Below are positions 1 through 9,343 of a DNA stretch of 64,000 nucleotides, in pieces (the first letter of the stretch is position 1; every line of letters begins with the position of its first letter). The position numbers and the translations under genes are program-made. The DNA lies in the NCBI GenBank assembly GCA_036744835.1, contig DAIOHD010000001.1:335860-399859 (forward strand). Reading direction: 5' to 3'. The DNA comes from Candidatus Magasanikiibacteriota bacterium (lineage in GTDB: Bacteria; Patescibacteriota; Patescibacteriia; Magasanikbacterales; GWA2-37-8). The notes beneath the pieces are model-generated. The model searched no databases. It was not told the DNA's origin and saw nothing but the letters and a program-made list of their open reading frames with translations.

Positions 1-833
1 TCTATGCCATAAAGTCCTTTCCATCCAGATTGGCCTAACCGCTTTCCAACTTCACCAGCGATTTTTATATATTGGTTAAATTGTTCTTTAGTAAGTATTT
101 TATGAGGCATTGCCCAATCATTGCCGACGGTTACAAAAGGATTGTCGGTAAAAGGTGGCAGTCCGGTAATCTGGAAATTTATATTTCCAAGCATTATTTT
201 GCTGTCCCAAACGCAATTGTTATTGGTGAAAAAAGGGCCTTCAATAAAATCACTGATGCGAATTTCGCGATTGGGAAAGTCTTTTTTTATTTGATCCAGT
301 TGTTTTGCAGAAGTTATGAGAAATGTTCCTGCTCCGGTGTGTGCACGGTTGTATTGCAAAATAAATTTTTTCCCTTGCCATTTTAGATTTTTACCTAAAA
401 TTATTTTTGCGTTAGGCAAATATTTTTTTAGCGGACCTAAAAACTTGACCTGACTGATTTTTTCTTCCACTTGTGCGGCTAACGAAGCTTGTGGGTTTAG
501 TAATTTCCAATTATTTTTTCGGCAGATGTTTTCTATCAGGTTAGTATTTTTAAAAACAACAATGAAATCTTTTCTGGTAATAATTTTTTTTATTTCAGGT
601 AAAGCAAGTAATTCATGGGTATCGAGTATTTTTTTACTTTTTATAGTTTTGATGTTTGAATATATCTTATTATATTTCTGGGAAAGCGGAGATTGATTGG
701 TAATAATAAAAAAATCTGGTATATTGCAAGACAAACCCGCAGTTGCTCGTTCTAAATCACGACAAACATAAAAAATACGACCAGTTTTTATCGCTTTTTT
801 TATCGCTTTTTTATACTCAGTTGCCTTATCCAT
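1..833 (-). CDS. Partial CDS (start at 833, runs off the window edge): putative ATP-grasp-like protein. Not in the ORF track because it has no stop within the window.
   Basis: My own translation of the minus strand from ATG at 833 gives a continuous ORF with no stops, beginning MDKATEYKKAIKKAIKTGRIFYVCRD...GAGTFLITSAKQLDQIKK...KGLYGID. This resembles ATP-grasp cores. The + ORF 72..386 overlaps it and is likely spurious. Confidence 0.4.
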   Translation of the reverse strand, partial: MDKATEYKKAIKKAIKTGRIFYVCRDLERATAGLSCNIPDFFIITNQSPLSQKYNKIYSNIKTIKSKKILDTHELLALPEIKKIITRKDFIVVFKNTNLIENICRKNNWKLLNPQASLAAQVEEKISQVKFLGPLKKYLPNAKIILGKNLKWQGKKFILQYNRAHTGAGTFLITSAKQLDQIKKDFPNREIRISDFIEGPFFTNNNCVWDSKIMLGNINFQITGLPPFTDNPFVTVGNDWAMPHKILTKEQFNQYIKIAGEVGKRLGQSGWKGLYGI

Positions 834-885
834 ATTTTTCTTTTATAATGAATATATTACGCTAAATTTCAAAAAAATTCAAGCT

Positions 886-1827
886 ATGAACGAATTATAT
901 AAAAAACTTAAATTTTTTGGCTCTGTTAAGCAAAATATTTCTTTAGCTCGGTTTTCCACTTTCAAAATAGGTGGACCGGCTGAATTTTTGGTAGAAATAA
1001 AGGAAAAAGATAGTTTGGTCGGGTTATTGGATTTTTTAAATCAAGAGAATTTGGACTTTTTGATACTTGGCGGTGGTTCAAATATTTTATTTCCAGATGA
1101 AGGTTTGAAAAAAGTTGTAATTAAAGTATTGACTTCACAGGTGAATATTCAGGATAATTTGATAGAATTAGAATCCGGAGTACCTCTTTCTTTGGCCGTT
1201 AGTTTAGCTATTAAAAATGGTTTAGGGGGCTTAGAATGGGCGGTAGGTATTCCAGGTACTGTTGGCGGGGCTACCAGGGGAAATGCTGGGGCTATGGGGG
1301 AAAATATGGGTGATTGTATACAAAAAGTATTCGTTTGGGAAAATGGTTTGATAAAGGAGTACTCCAAAGAAGATTGTAATTTTGAATATCGAAGCAGCAT
1401 TTTTAAGAAAAATAAAAATCTCGTAATATTGAAAATTGTGTTGTTGTTAAAATCAAGAGATAAAAAGGAAATTTTGAAAAAAATGAATAATAATTTAATA
1501 AATCGAGGTAAATTTCCTAATCTTCCTTCAGCCGGTAGTTTTTTTAAAAATATTAAATTAAGTAAATGGCCGGGAGACGTGGATATTCTACCTGAAATTT
1601 TTCGTGAACGAGGTACTGTTCCAGCTGGGTGGCTTATTGAAAATTGTGGTTTAAAAGGTTTTAAAATAGGCGGAGCAGGTATTTCTTTTGAGCATGGAAA
1701 CTTTCTGGTTAATTTCGACAAAGCGCGGCAAAATGAGGTTATTCAATTAGTTGAAGAAATTCAAAAAAAGGTGTATGATAAATATGGAGTGGACTTGGAA
1801 CCAGAGGTTCAAATCGTGGTTCCTTGA
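886..1827 (+). CDS. murB: UDP-N-acetylenolpyruvoylglucosamine reductase MurB
   Basis: FSTFKIGGPAEFLVEIKEKDSLVGLLDFLNQENLDFLILGGGSNILF is the classic MurB FAD-binding N-terminus. Full length 313 aa. Confidence 0.9.
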   Translation: MNELYKKLKFFGSVKQNISLARFSTFKIGGPAEFLVEIKEKDSLVGLLDFLNQENLDFLILGGGSNILFPDEGLKKVVIKVLTSQVNIQDNLIELESGVPLSLAVSLAIKNGLGGLEWAVGIPGTVGGATRGNAGAMGENMGDCIQKVFVWENGLIKEYSKEDCNFEYRSSIFKKNKNLVILKIVLLLKSRDKKEILKKMNNNLINRGKFPNLPSAGSFFKNIKLSKWPGDVDILPEIFRERGTVPAGWLIENCGLKGFKIGGAGISFEHGNFLVNFDKARQNEVIQLVEEIQKKVYDKYGVDLEPEVQIVVP

Positions 1828-1851
1828 ATAATTAAATAATTTTTAAAACAT

Positions 1852-2208
1852 ATGCAAGTCATCATCTCCGGTAAAAGTATTGAACTAACAGAGGCTATCA
1901 AAGATTATGCGGAAAAAAAGATATCCTCGCTTGAAAAGTTTTATGATAATATTTTGCGTGCTGAAGTAGTTGTGGGTTTGGAAACCAGACATCATCTCAA
2001 AGGTAAAAATTTTGTTTGTGAATGTAAATTGGTAGTTCCAGGAAATGATTTATTTGCTACCAAAGAAGAAGCGAATCTTTATAAAGCTATTGATAAGGTG
2101 CGTGATTATTTAGAAGCTGAATTAAAAAAACACAAAGTAAAACAGAGAGAAAAAGAAAAAAAAATAAAACGTGCCGTTCGAAAAACAAAAGAATATAAAG
2201 TTGAATAA
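1852..2208 (+). CDS. hpf: Ribosome hibernation promoting factor / RaiA (YfiA) family
   Basis: 118 aa; MQVIISGKSIELTEAIKDYAEKKISSLEKFYDNILRAEVVV matches the sigma-54-modulation/HPF family signature start. Confidence 0.85.
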   Translation: MQVIISGKSIELTEAIKDYAEKKISSLEKFYDNILRAEVVVGLETRHHLKGKNFVCECKLVVPGNDLFATKEEANLYKAIDKVRDYLEAELKKHKVKQREKEKKIKRAVRKTKEYKVE

Positions 2209-2216
2209 AGTCGGTT

Positions 2217-4445
2217 ATGTTTAGTTGGCAGAAAATAATTTATAAAAAGATAGTGCCCGGTTTATATTCGATAGCCGGGCCTTTTGTTATTGCTTATTGT
2301 TGGAATTGGTATCATTTGACCTCTGTGAATCGTCAAACAGAACTTTGTTGGTTAACTTTGCTTTATGCCGGTTTAATTTTCTTTGTTTTTTTTCTTTTCA
2401 AAGGATTGTTTAGATTTTTAATTTCAAAGTTTAAATGGCATAGTTTTTGGTTAGATGAATTTATTATTTATTTGGATGAACTTTTTTTCTTGAGCTCTTT
2501 GATTTTTTTTGTTTTATTTTCTCAGTCTGAATTTTTAGGCCTAACTTACGTTCTATCTTTATTTTTTTTGATTTTTCTTCGTCTGGATAATATTTTAGGA
2601 AAACACAAAGAAGATTTACTTTGGCAAAAAGTAAATAGAAAAGTTTTTCTTTTGGCCGGTTTTATTTTTTTGATTACTGGGATTTTTCAGTTTATTGCTT
2701 ATACTTATTATATATTTGATAGTAATGCAAAATATCACAGTATTGTGTTGTTTCGTACTTTTTCTTTGACAGTTTTTTGGCTTGGGGGCTTCTCTCTTTG
2801 TAGTCTATTTTATTTTTATTTTAAAAAAATTCGCCAATTGTTTCTTTTTATTTGGTTAATCATGTTTGGGATGGCTTTGTTTTTGGATATGATAAATACG
2901 GGGATAGTCGGAAATTCCGGGCTTTATTTGAGCCCGGTAATATTAAATCACTTGAGTTTTACAGGGTTAAAAATATTTTTCTTCCCAGTAGCAACTGTTG
3001 TGGTTGTTTATTTTTTTCTGCTGGTCTTATCTTTTTTGATTTTTCAAAGTGTGTTAAAGGCCCATAAAGAAACCACCAGAAGACATTGGTTATTTTATAA
3101 TTTTGCTTTATTGTCTATATCTATCGCGGCTATATTTTCCGTAAGCTCTTTTTGGAACACACCACAAGCTACAACTTTTAAAAATTTTACGGCAAATAAA
3201 TTGGTAAAAAATATTATTATTTCTCCGGAGATTTGGCAAAAATTGGAAAAATTCGGTTTAATTTATAATTTGGAATCTTTTTCCGTAATGCGTAAAGTTC
3301 AGCCAAAAGAAAAAAAATTAAATTTAAAAATTGAAAAACCCAATATCATTTTGATTTATTTGGAATCTTTTTCCGCGCGCTTAACCGGAGTATACAATGA
3401 GGAATATATTGAAGTTACTCCAAATTTAAATGATTTTGCCGGTCATAAAAATACCACTGTATTTTCCAAAGTCTATAATGCTTCTACTCCTACAATTACC
3501 GGCTTGATTTCCTCATTATGTTCTTTTTTACCTCCGACGGGCCATCAAGAAATCGAACAGGACAAGTTGCTCAAAAGACAGTATTTGACTTGTTTACCGG
3601 TTATTTTGAAAGAAAACGGATATGAAAGTGCGACTTTTGTAACTGCGGTAGCCAAAGAGTTTGCCAATAAAAATACTATTTTGGAAAGTATGGGTATCGA
3701 GAGTGTTTATGGTGTTGATGAACTTAAAAAAGAAATCAAAGAAGACCCTAAGTCTTGGGGATATTCCGACCATCAACTTTTTCCATTTATTTTTGATTTA
3801 GCAAAAAATAAAAAAAATCCTTTTTTCTTGGGTTATGCGACGGTTGATACACATCCTCCTTTTGATTTACCTCAAGATTTAGTTAAATTCAAAGAAGGAG
3901 AAAATGTTGTTTTAAATTCTATTCACACCACTGATAGTGCCTTTGGTCTTTTTTGGAAAGAATTTCAAAAGAGCTCTTTGGCGCAAAATACAATTTTAGT
4001 AGTTATGGCCGATCACGCAATTTTTCCTACTGCGTTAAATAAAAAATATTTTCCAAATTTTGGAGGCCAGACAACTTTTTATGATGAATTGTTTATGGCG
4101 GTGTATATTCCGGAAAATCAATTACCAAAAAGAAATGAAATTTACGGTAGTGGTATTGATTTAGCACCGACTGTTTTACATTTATTAAATTTTTCATCAC
4201 CAAATTCTTTTGAAGGTTATTCTTTGTTAGGGGCTCGTAAAAAATATCCTAACCTTATTGGGATGCATGAATTTGGTCTTTATTTAAACCAAGAAACATT
4301 GGATAAAAAGCGACAAGAAGAATTTGTTATGCCAAATGATGTTGATTGTGAAGAAAAAATATCCGGTGATCTTTTAACAATGTGTGAACTTAAACAATAT
4401 TATGATTGGAAAAGACAGATGATGTTACAAGGTCGTTTGTGGTAA
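2217..4445 (+). CDS. Polytopic membrane protein with C-terminal sulfatase / LTA-synthase (LtaS)-like alkaline-phosphatase-superfamily domain
   Basis: N-terminal ~300 aa is multi-TM. C-terminal has NIILIYLESFSARL...TPTITGL...DTHPPFD, typical of LtaS / phosphoglycerol-transferase sulfatase domains. Confidence 0.75.
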   Translation: MFSWQKIIYKKIVPGLYSIAGPFVIAYCWNWYHLTSVNRQTELCWLTLLYAGLIFFVFFLFKGLFRFLISKFKWHSFWLDEFIIYLDELFFLSSLIFFVLFSQSEFLGLTYVLSLFFLIFLRLDNILGKHKEDLLWQKVNRKVFLLAGFIFLITGIFQFIAYTYYIFDSNAKYHSIVLFRTFSLTVFWLGGFSLCSLFYFYFKKIRQLFLFIWLIMFGMALFLDMINTGIVGNSGLYLSPVILNHLSFTGLKIFFFPVATVVVVYFFLLVLSFLIFQSVLKAHKETTRRHWLFYNFALLSISIAAIFSVSSFWNTPQATTFKNFTANKLVKNIIISPEIWQKLEKFGLIYNLESFSVMRKVQPKEKKLNLKIEKPNIILIYLESFSARLTGVYNEEYIEVTPNLNDFAGHKNTTVFSKVYNASTPTITGLISSLCSFLPPTGHQEIEQDKLLKRQYLTCLPVILKENGYESATFVTAVAKEFANKNTILESMGIESVYGVDELKKEIKEDPKSWGYSDHQLFPFIFDLAKNKKNPFFLGYATVDTHPPFDLPQDLVKFKEGENVVLNSIHTTDSAFGLFWKEFQKSSLAQNTILVVMADHAIFPTALNKKYFPNFGGQTTFYDELFMAVYIPENQLPKRNEIYGSGIDLAPTVLHLLNFSSPNSFEGYSLLGARKKYPNLIGMHEFGLYLNQETLDKKRQEEFVMPNDVDCEEKISGDLLTMCELKQYYDWKRQMMLQGRLW

Positions 4446-4495
4446 AAAAGATTAAAAAATAATATAATAAAATTGTTAAAACTAATTACAAAAAT

Positions 4496-6748
4496 ATGAC
4501 CTATAAACTTATTGATAATGAAAAACTTAAAAATTTGATTGCTGATGAACCTGAGAGATTTTTACTACAAAAAAAATCCGATAGTGGCTACCTAAATTTA
4601 AAAGGACTGGCTTTGGAAGATGTTTCGGAGATTGATTTTGATCGTTTGGAAAAATTTGCCAAAATTATTAGAGCGATGATTTTTACAACTGTAGAGTTTT
4701 CTCAAAATGGTCATCCTGGGGGAAGCAGTTCTAAAGTAGAACAATGGTTGGCTTTAACGCTAACCGGTTTATTGGCTTTTGATCCATTATCTCCGAAAAA
4801 CCCTGGTCGTGATAGAATTGTTTGGAGTGCCGGGCATTGCACTCCTTTGCTTTACACCGGACAGGCACTTTTCTATGAAGCTTTGCGTCGTGAAGGCAGA
4901 CAGTTTTCACAAGCTGTTTTAAAAAATGTTTTTCCTGAAGATTTAGTTCGTTTTCGTCGAGTTGATGGACTGGGTGGACATGTAGAAAGTGCTCTACCTT
5001 ATAATGATTTTTCTGCCGGACCATCGGGTCATGGGTTTTGTGCAGCCGGTGGGATGGCGTTATCTCATAAAAGTAGCGGTTTACCGACCAATGTTTATGT
5101 GTTTATGGGGGACGCGGAAAGCGAAGAAGGGATGACTTACGAAGCTCGTAATGTTTTGTCATCTGTTGGAGCAGATAATTTAGTTGTAAGTTTGGATTTT
5201 AATAAATTTGGTTTGGACGGAAAAATAGATGAAGTTATTTCTTCCGACTACATTACTCATTGGCAAGGTTTAAATTGGAATGTTATTGAAGTTGACGGAC
5301 ATAATCTCAAAGAACTTTACTGTGCTTATCGTTTGGCCAAAGAAAAAGTTTTTGCCAATAGCTTACCAACTGTGGTTATCGCTCATACTATCAAAGGTAA
5401 GGATTATGGAGATTTGGAAAATAGTGAAAAATCTCATGGACAAATATTGTTGCATGAAAAATATTTGAAAGTTCAGAAAAAACTTGGTTTTGAAATTGCC
5501 GGAGATAAAAATAATCCGTTTAGGGATTTGGAAGATATCCTAAAAACATTAAATGATGAAGATGAAAAATATATCGTAAAAATGTTGGATAATGGAGTAA
5601 AAAATATTTTACCGGAAAAAGAAGCGGTAGATTTGATAAAAACTAAATTAAAAAAACGTCCATTAATTTCTGCCAATCATCTAAAAAAGCCTGAAAAAAT
5701 GCCAGTAGATTTGGTTTTTAAAGCTGGAGATGAAGTTTCTACTCGTCAGGCTCTAGGTGCTTGGCTTACATGGTTGATGAAAAACAGCGCGTTTGTTTAT
5801 GCTGGAGCCGGGGATTTGGGATCCTCAGTCATGACTACAGAAGCGGAAAAAGTTTACGGTTTGATAAACAAAGAAAATCCATTTGGTCGGGGGATAAAAT
5901 TTGGAATTGCGGAAAACAATATGGCAATGATGATGGCTGGGTTATCTGCCGATGTTTTACCAGGAGGATTTTGTCCAGTAGGAATTTTTGGGACTTTTGG
6001 TTTGTTTTTGAATATGGCTACCAATAGTATTCGTTTAGCCACCATCAACAATGCCGTTCATAAAGAAATACAAGGATTTTTTATCGCCGTATCGTCTCAT
6101 GACGGTCCAGATACTTCGCAAGATGGGCCGACACACCAGGGTTTGAATAATCTGAGTATTTTCAAAACCATGCCGGGAATAAAAGTTTATAAACCAAACA
6201 GTGCGCCTGAACTTATAGAAATGTTATTCCACGCTTTGGAAGTTGGTGAGCCGATAGTTTTGTCTATGGCAAGACCAAAGTTTTTGATAACTGATGAAAT
6301 TGCCAAAAATCATAAAGACGCTGTTTTGGGAGCTTATGTTTATGATGAAACTTCCGCCAATAAAAAGAAGAAAGCAGTTTTGGTAGTTTCTGGAATGCAA
6401 AATTTATTAAATACTACAAAGGTGAAGGGCTATCTAGAAAAAGATGGTTATGCGGTGAAAATAGTAACTGTAACTTCACCGGAACTATTTGGGGAGTTAT
6501 CACAAAACAATCCAGAAAAAGCTGATAAGATTTTATCTTCACAAGAAAAAGAAATAGTCATTACTATAAACAATGGGTACTCTGAATTTTTGAGTGATTT
6601 TTTGGAAGGTAAAAACCTAAAAGAAAGAATGGTTGGGATAGATGAATATTTGAAATCCGGTACATTGGAAGAAATTTATGATTATGCTGGATTATCATCG
6701 GAGAAACTTTATCAAAAAATAAAAAATATTTTGGAAAATGTTTTATAA
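4496..6748 (+). CDS. tkt: Transketolase family protein (long form)
   Basis: FSQNGHPGGSSS (TPP-binding GHPG motif), DRIVWSAGHCTPLLY, and C-terminal SHDGPDTSQDGPTHQG (the G-P-T-H-Q transketolase motif). Confidence 0.75.
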   Translation: MTYKLIDNEKLKNLIADEPERFLLQKKSDSGYLNLKGLALEDVSEIDFDRLEKFAKIIRAMIFTTVEFSQNGHPGGSSSKVEQWLALTLTGLLAFDPLSPKNPGRDRIVWSAGHCTPLLYTGQALFYEALRREGRQFSQAVLKNVFPEDLVRFRRVDGLGGHVESALPYNDFSAGPSGHGFCAAGGMALSHKSSGLPTNVYVFMGDAESEEGMTYEARNVLSSVGADNLVVSLDFNKFGLDGKIDEVISSDYITHWQGLNWNVIEVDGHNLKELYCAYRLAKEKVFANSLPTVVIAHTIKGKDYGDLENSEKSHGQILLHEKYLKVQKKLGFEIAGDKNNPFRDLEDILKTLNDEDEKYIVKMLDNGVKNILPEKEAVDLIKTKLKKRPLISANHLKKPEKMPVDLVFKAGDEVSTRQALGAWLTWLMKNSAFVYAGAGDLGSSVMTTEAEKVYGLINKENPFGRGIKFGIAENNMAMMMAGLSADVLPGGFCPVGIFGTFGLFLNMATNSIRLATINNAVHKEIQGFFIAVSSHDGPDTSQDGPTHQGLNNLSIFKTMPGIKVYKPNSAPELIEMLFHALEVGEPIVLSMARPKFLITDEIAKNHKDAVLGAYVYDETSANKKKKAVLVVSGMQNLLNTTKVKGYLEKDGYAVKIVTVTSPELFGELSQNNPEKADKILSSQEKEIVITINNGYSEFLSDFLEGKNLKERMVGIDEYLKSGTLEEIYDYAGLSSEKLYQKIKNILENVL

Positions 6749-6751
6749 ATT

Positions 6752-7798
6752 ATGCAATTAAAAGAAGTTTTAAAAAATGAACCAAAATATAAAATAGATC
6801 AAATTTGGCAAGGTAAATTTAACCCCGCTTTGAATTCGTTTATAGAAATTACCACTTTATCCAAAGATTTGCGAGAAAAAATAAAAGATTTTCCGTGGTT
6901 ATCTGTAAAACCGATTTTGTTACAAAAAAGCAAAGAAGGGGATACCACTAAAGCGTTGCTGGAACTATCCGACGGGCAAACCATAGAAACTGTATTGATG
7001 GGTAGGGTTAATAAACGAGAAACTCGCGAAGACGATTTTCGCAATACGATTTGTTTATCCACTCAAGTTGGTTGCGCGATGAATTGTGCTTTTTGCGCTA
7101 CCGGTAAAATGGGATTAAAAAGAAACCTGACAGCAGATGAACTGATAGATCAATATCGTTTTTGGCAAAAATATTTATTACAAAACGGTGGAGGAGAGGT
7201 GAATAATATCGTGCTCATGGGACAGGGTGAGCCGTTGCTCAACTATGAAAATATTAAAGAAGCGCTAAATTTGTTTATCAAATACGGTGAAATCGGACAA
7301 AGTAAAATCACCATGTCCACCTGTGGGATAGTTCCGGGGATGAAAAAGATGATTGAAGACAAAGATTTTCCGCCCGTACGTTTTGCGCTTTCGCTTCATA
7401 GTGCAATCCCAGAAATTCGCAAAAAATTAATGCCGAGTCACACGGATAATTTTTTTGAATTCTTGATTGACTGGTCCAAACAATATCATGCTAAATTTAC
7501 TTCGCGCACTCAGTTTATCGGTTTGGAATACGCTTTTCTTGCCGGTATAAACGATGATGACAAAAATTTCAAAGCTCTTATTAAGTTGGCAAGTAAACTC
7601 GGCCGAGTCAGAATTAATTTGATTCCGTATAATGATACGACAGGAATATTTGTTGGATCTGATATAGAGATATTAAAAAAATGGCAGAAGAAATTGATGG
7701 AAAGTGGATTTACTGTAACCATTCGCTTGTCACAAGGGCAGGATATTGCAGCAGCGTGCGGACAACTGAGTAATAAGTTGAAAGTAAAAAGTAATTGA
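6752..7798 (+). CDS. rlmN: 23S rRNA (adenine2503-C2)-methyltransferase RlmN (radical SAM)
   Basis: CLSTQVGCAMNCAFCATG radical-SAM CxxxCxxC in RlmN/Cfr context. Downstream motifs are conserved. Confidence 0.9.
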   Translation: MQLKEVLKNEPKYKIDQIWQGKFNPALNSFIEITTLSKDLREKIKDFPWLSVKPILLQKSKEGDTTKALLELSDGQTIETVLMGRVNKRETREDDFRNTICLSTQVGCAMNCAFCATGKMGLKRNLTADELIDQYRFWQKYLLQNGGGEVNNIVLMGQGEPLLNYENIKEALNLFIKYGEIGQSKITMSTCGIVPGMKKMIEDKDFPPVRFALSLHSAIPEIRKKLMPSHTDNFFEFLIDWSKQYHAKFTSRTQFIGLEYAFLAGINDDDKNFKALIKLASKLGRVRINLIPYNDTTGIFVGSDIEILKKWQKKLMESGFTVTIRLSQGQDIAAACGQLSNKLKVKSN

Positions 7799-7822
7799 AT
7801 ATTAAATGTTGAATATTGAAAA

Positions 7823-7850
7823 ATCGTCCGAAATGGCGATTTTTTAAATC
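7823..7850 (+). terminator. Rho-independent terminator after rlmN
   Basis: aaaatcg-tccgaaatgg-cgatttttt hairpin plus T-tract. Confidence 0.5.
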
Positions 7851-7886
7851 TTTCAATCTTTAAATCTTTGCAATTTTTGTAATTAA

Positions 7887-7915
7887 AAAATATCCGCTTT
7901 CGCGGATATTTTTTA
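7887..7915. terminator. Bidirectional intrinsic terminator between convergent rlmN and the sugar transferase gene
   Basis: atatccgc-tttc-gcggatat perfect hairpin, flanked by A-run on the left and T-run on the right. Confidence 0.6.
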
Positions 7916-9292
7916 TCTCCCCATCATCTTCATCACCACTGCCACAGTTTTGAGTATGATCATCAGATCAAGCATCGGTGAGCGATGTTTGATATAGTAT
8001 AAATCGTATTCCAATTTTTTGAGGTTTTCTTCAATGTTGCCGTAATAAGAATTTTGCAACTGTGCCCAGCCGGTAAGTCCGGGTTTGGTCAGATGACGTA
8101 AACGATAATACGGTAAAACACTGATTAATTCTTGTACAAATTCCGGGCGTTCTGGTCGAGGGCCGATGAGTGACATTTCATTTTTGAGTATGTTGATAAA
8201 TTGTGGTATTTCGTCAAGTCTGGTAGCGCGCATAATTTTCCCCAAAAAAGTGATACGACAATCTTTTTTTTGCGCAAATTGAGGACCCTCGGTTTCTGCG
8301 CTACCGTCGGAGTTCAGAACTTTCATTGTGCGATATTTATACATTTTGAAAGGTTTACCAAGTAGCCCGGTTCTGGTTTGGGTAAAAAATATAGGTCCAG
8401 ATGAGGTGATTTTGATGAGTAGTGAGATGAATGGAAAAGTAATGACGAAAAATAACCCCATCAAGACTCCAGCCGTATAATCCAAAATTATTTTTACCCG
8501 ATCATAAACTTTCTTTTCTTGTTCCGGGAGATTGTTCAAAAACCAATTTTCCGAAAAAACAAACGGCGGTAAACGACCAAACATTTTTTCATAAATTTCC
8601 ACTAACCCGACAATACTAACTCCGGTAAAAAATTCAGTATAAATTTCTTGAGCCAGTAGTTCGTTTTTTGTAATTTGTGGCGACAAAATTATTAAATTGC
8701 AATCTATTTTTTGTTCTTTTAATTGAGAAAAAGAAGGAAATAGGGGATACGACAGATATTTTTCTGGCAGGTGAACAGTTTCATTGTTTTCTACAAAACC
8801 GCATAAAATATAGCCTCTTTCCGGTTGATTTAAAAAAAGATCAGCTAATTCTAAAGATTCTTTGGTTATCCCGACAATTACCGTTTTGGTTTTAAAAATA
8901 TTTTTGGCCAAATATTTTAAATTTATAATACGCCAAATAGTTGATAAAAAAGCAAAAATAAAAGCATTCAGCAAAAGAATGGTTTTTGGGCTACCTAGTG
9001 AATTTTGAGCGAAATAAAAATAAGCGAATCCAAAAAACATCCAAAATAAAGAACTAATTAAAGTTTTTTGGATAATTTCACCAAAAGCATATTTTTTGCT
9101 TACATCATAAAGACCTGCGATATAGAAAAAAACCAAAATTAAAAAAAGCAAAGGTCTGTAATCGGTCAATAACTCTATAAATCTTTGGTTTGGATATTCT
9201 AAATAACGTAAAAACAAAGCAAAAAATAAGCTAAGATAAAGCAAAATTATATCTCCCAAGATTATTATCAATTGTTTAAAACGATAAAACAT
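7913..9292 (-). CDS. Undecaprenyl-phosphate sugar phosphotransferase (WbaP/WcaJ-type priming sugar transferase, bacterial sugar transferase family)
   Basis: C-terminal KPGLTGWAQ...MSLIGPRPERPEFV and DLYYIKHRS motifs of polyprenyl glycosylphosphotransferases; N-terminal TM segments. Confidence 0.85.
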   Translation of the reverse strand: MFYRFKQLIIILGDIILLYLSLFFALFLRYLEYPNQRFIELLTDYRPLLFLILVFFYIAGLYDVSKKYAFGEIIQKTLISSLFWMFFGFAYFYFAQNSLGSPKTILLLNAFIFAFLSTIWRIINLKYLAKNIFKTKTVIVGITKESLELADLFLNQPERGYILCGFVENNETVHLPEKYLSYPLFPSFSQLKEQKIDCNLIILSPQITKNELLAQEIYTEFFTGVSIVGLVEIYEKMFGRLPPFVFSENWFLNNLPEQEKKVYDRVKIILDYTAGVLMGLFFVITFPFISLLIKITSSGPIFFTQTRTGLLGKPFKMYKYRTMKVLNSDGSAETEGPQFAQKKDCRITFLGKIMRATRLDEIPQFINILKNEMSLIGPRPERPEFVQELISVLPYYRLRHLTKPGLTGWAQLQNSYYGNIEENLKKLEYDLYYIKHRSPMLDLMIILKTVAVVMKMMGR

Positions 9293-9343
9293 AAAAGAAT
9301 TGTTTTTTGTTTATTTTTTTGTTATACTAAAGATAGACATTTT

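Noticed and set aside
72-386. ORF 72..386 (+), 104 aa
   Set aside because: Lies entirely inside a much longer uninterrupted minus-strand ORF (833 to the window edge) that has a plausible ATP-grasp-like translation; low-complexity product.
1149-1721. Antisense ORF inside murB
   Set aside because: Opposite strand of a confidently identified conserved gene; product is low-complexity.
9272-9343. Upstream in-frame extension of the S8 peptidase (tool start 9272)
   Set aside because: Overlaps the start of the divergent sugar transferase. ATG 9344 gives a canonical signal peptide at the N-terminus.
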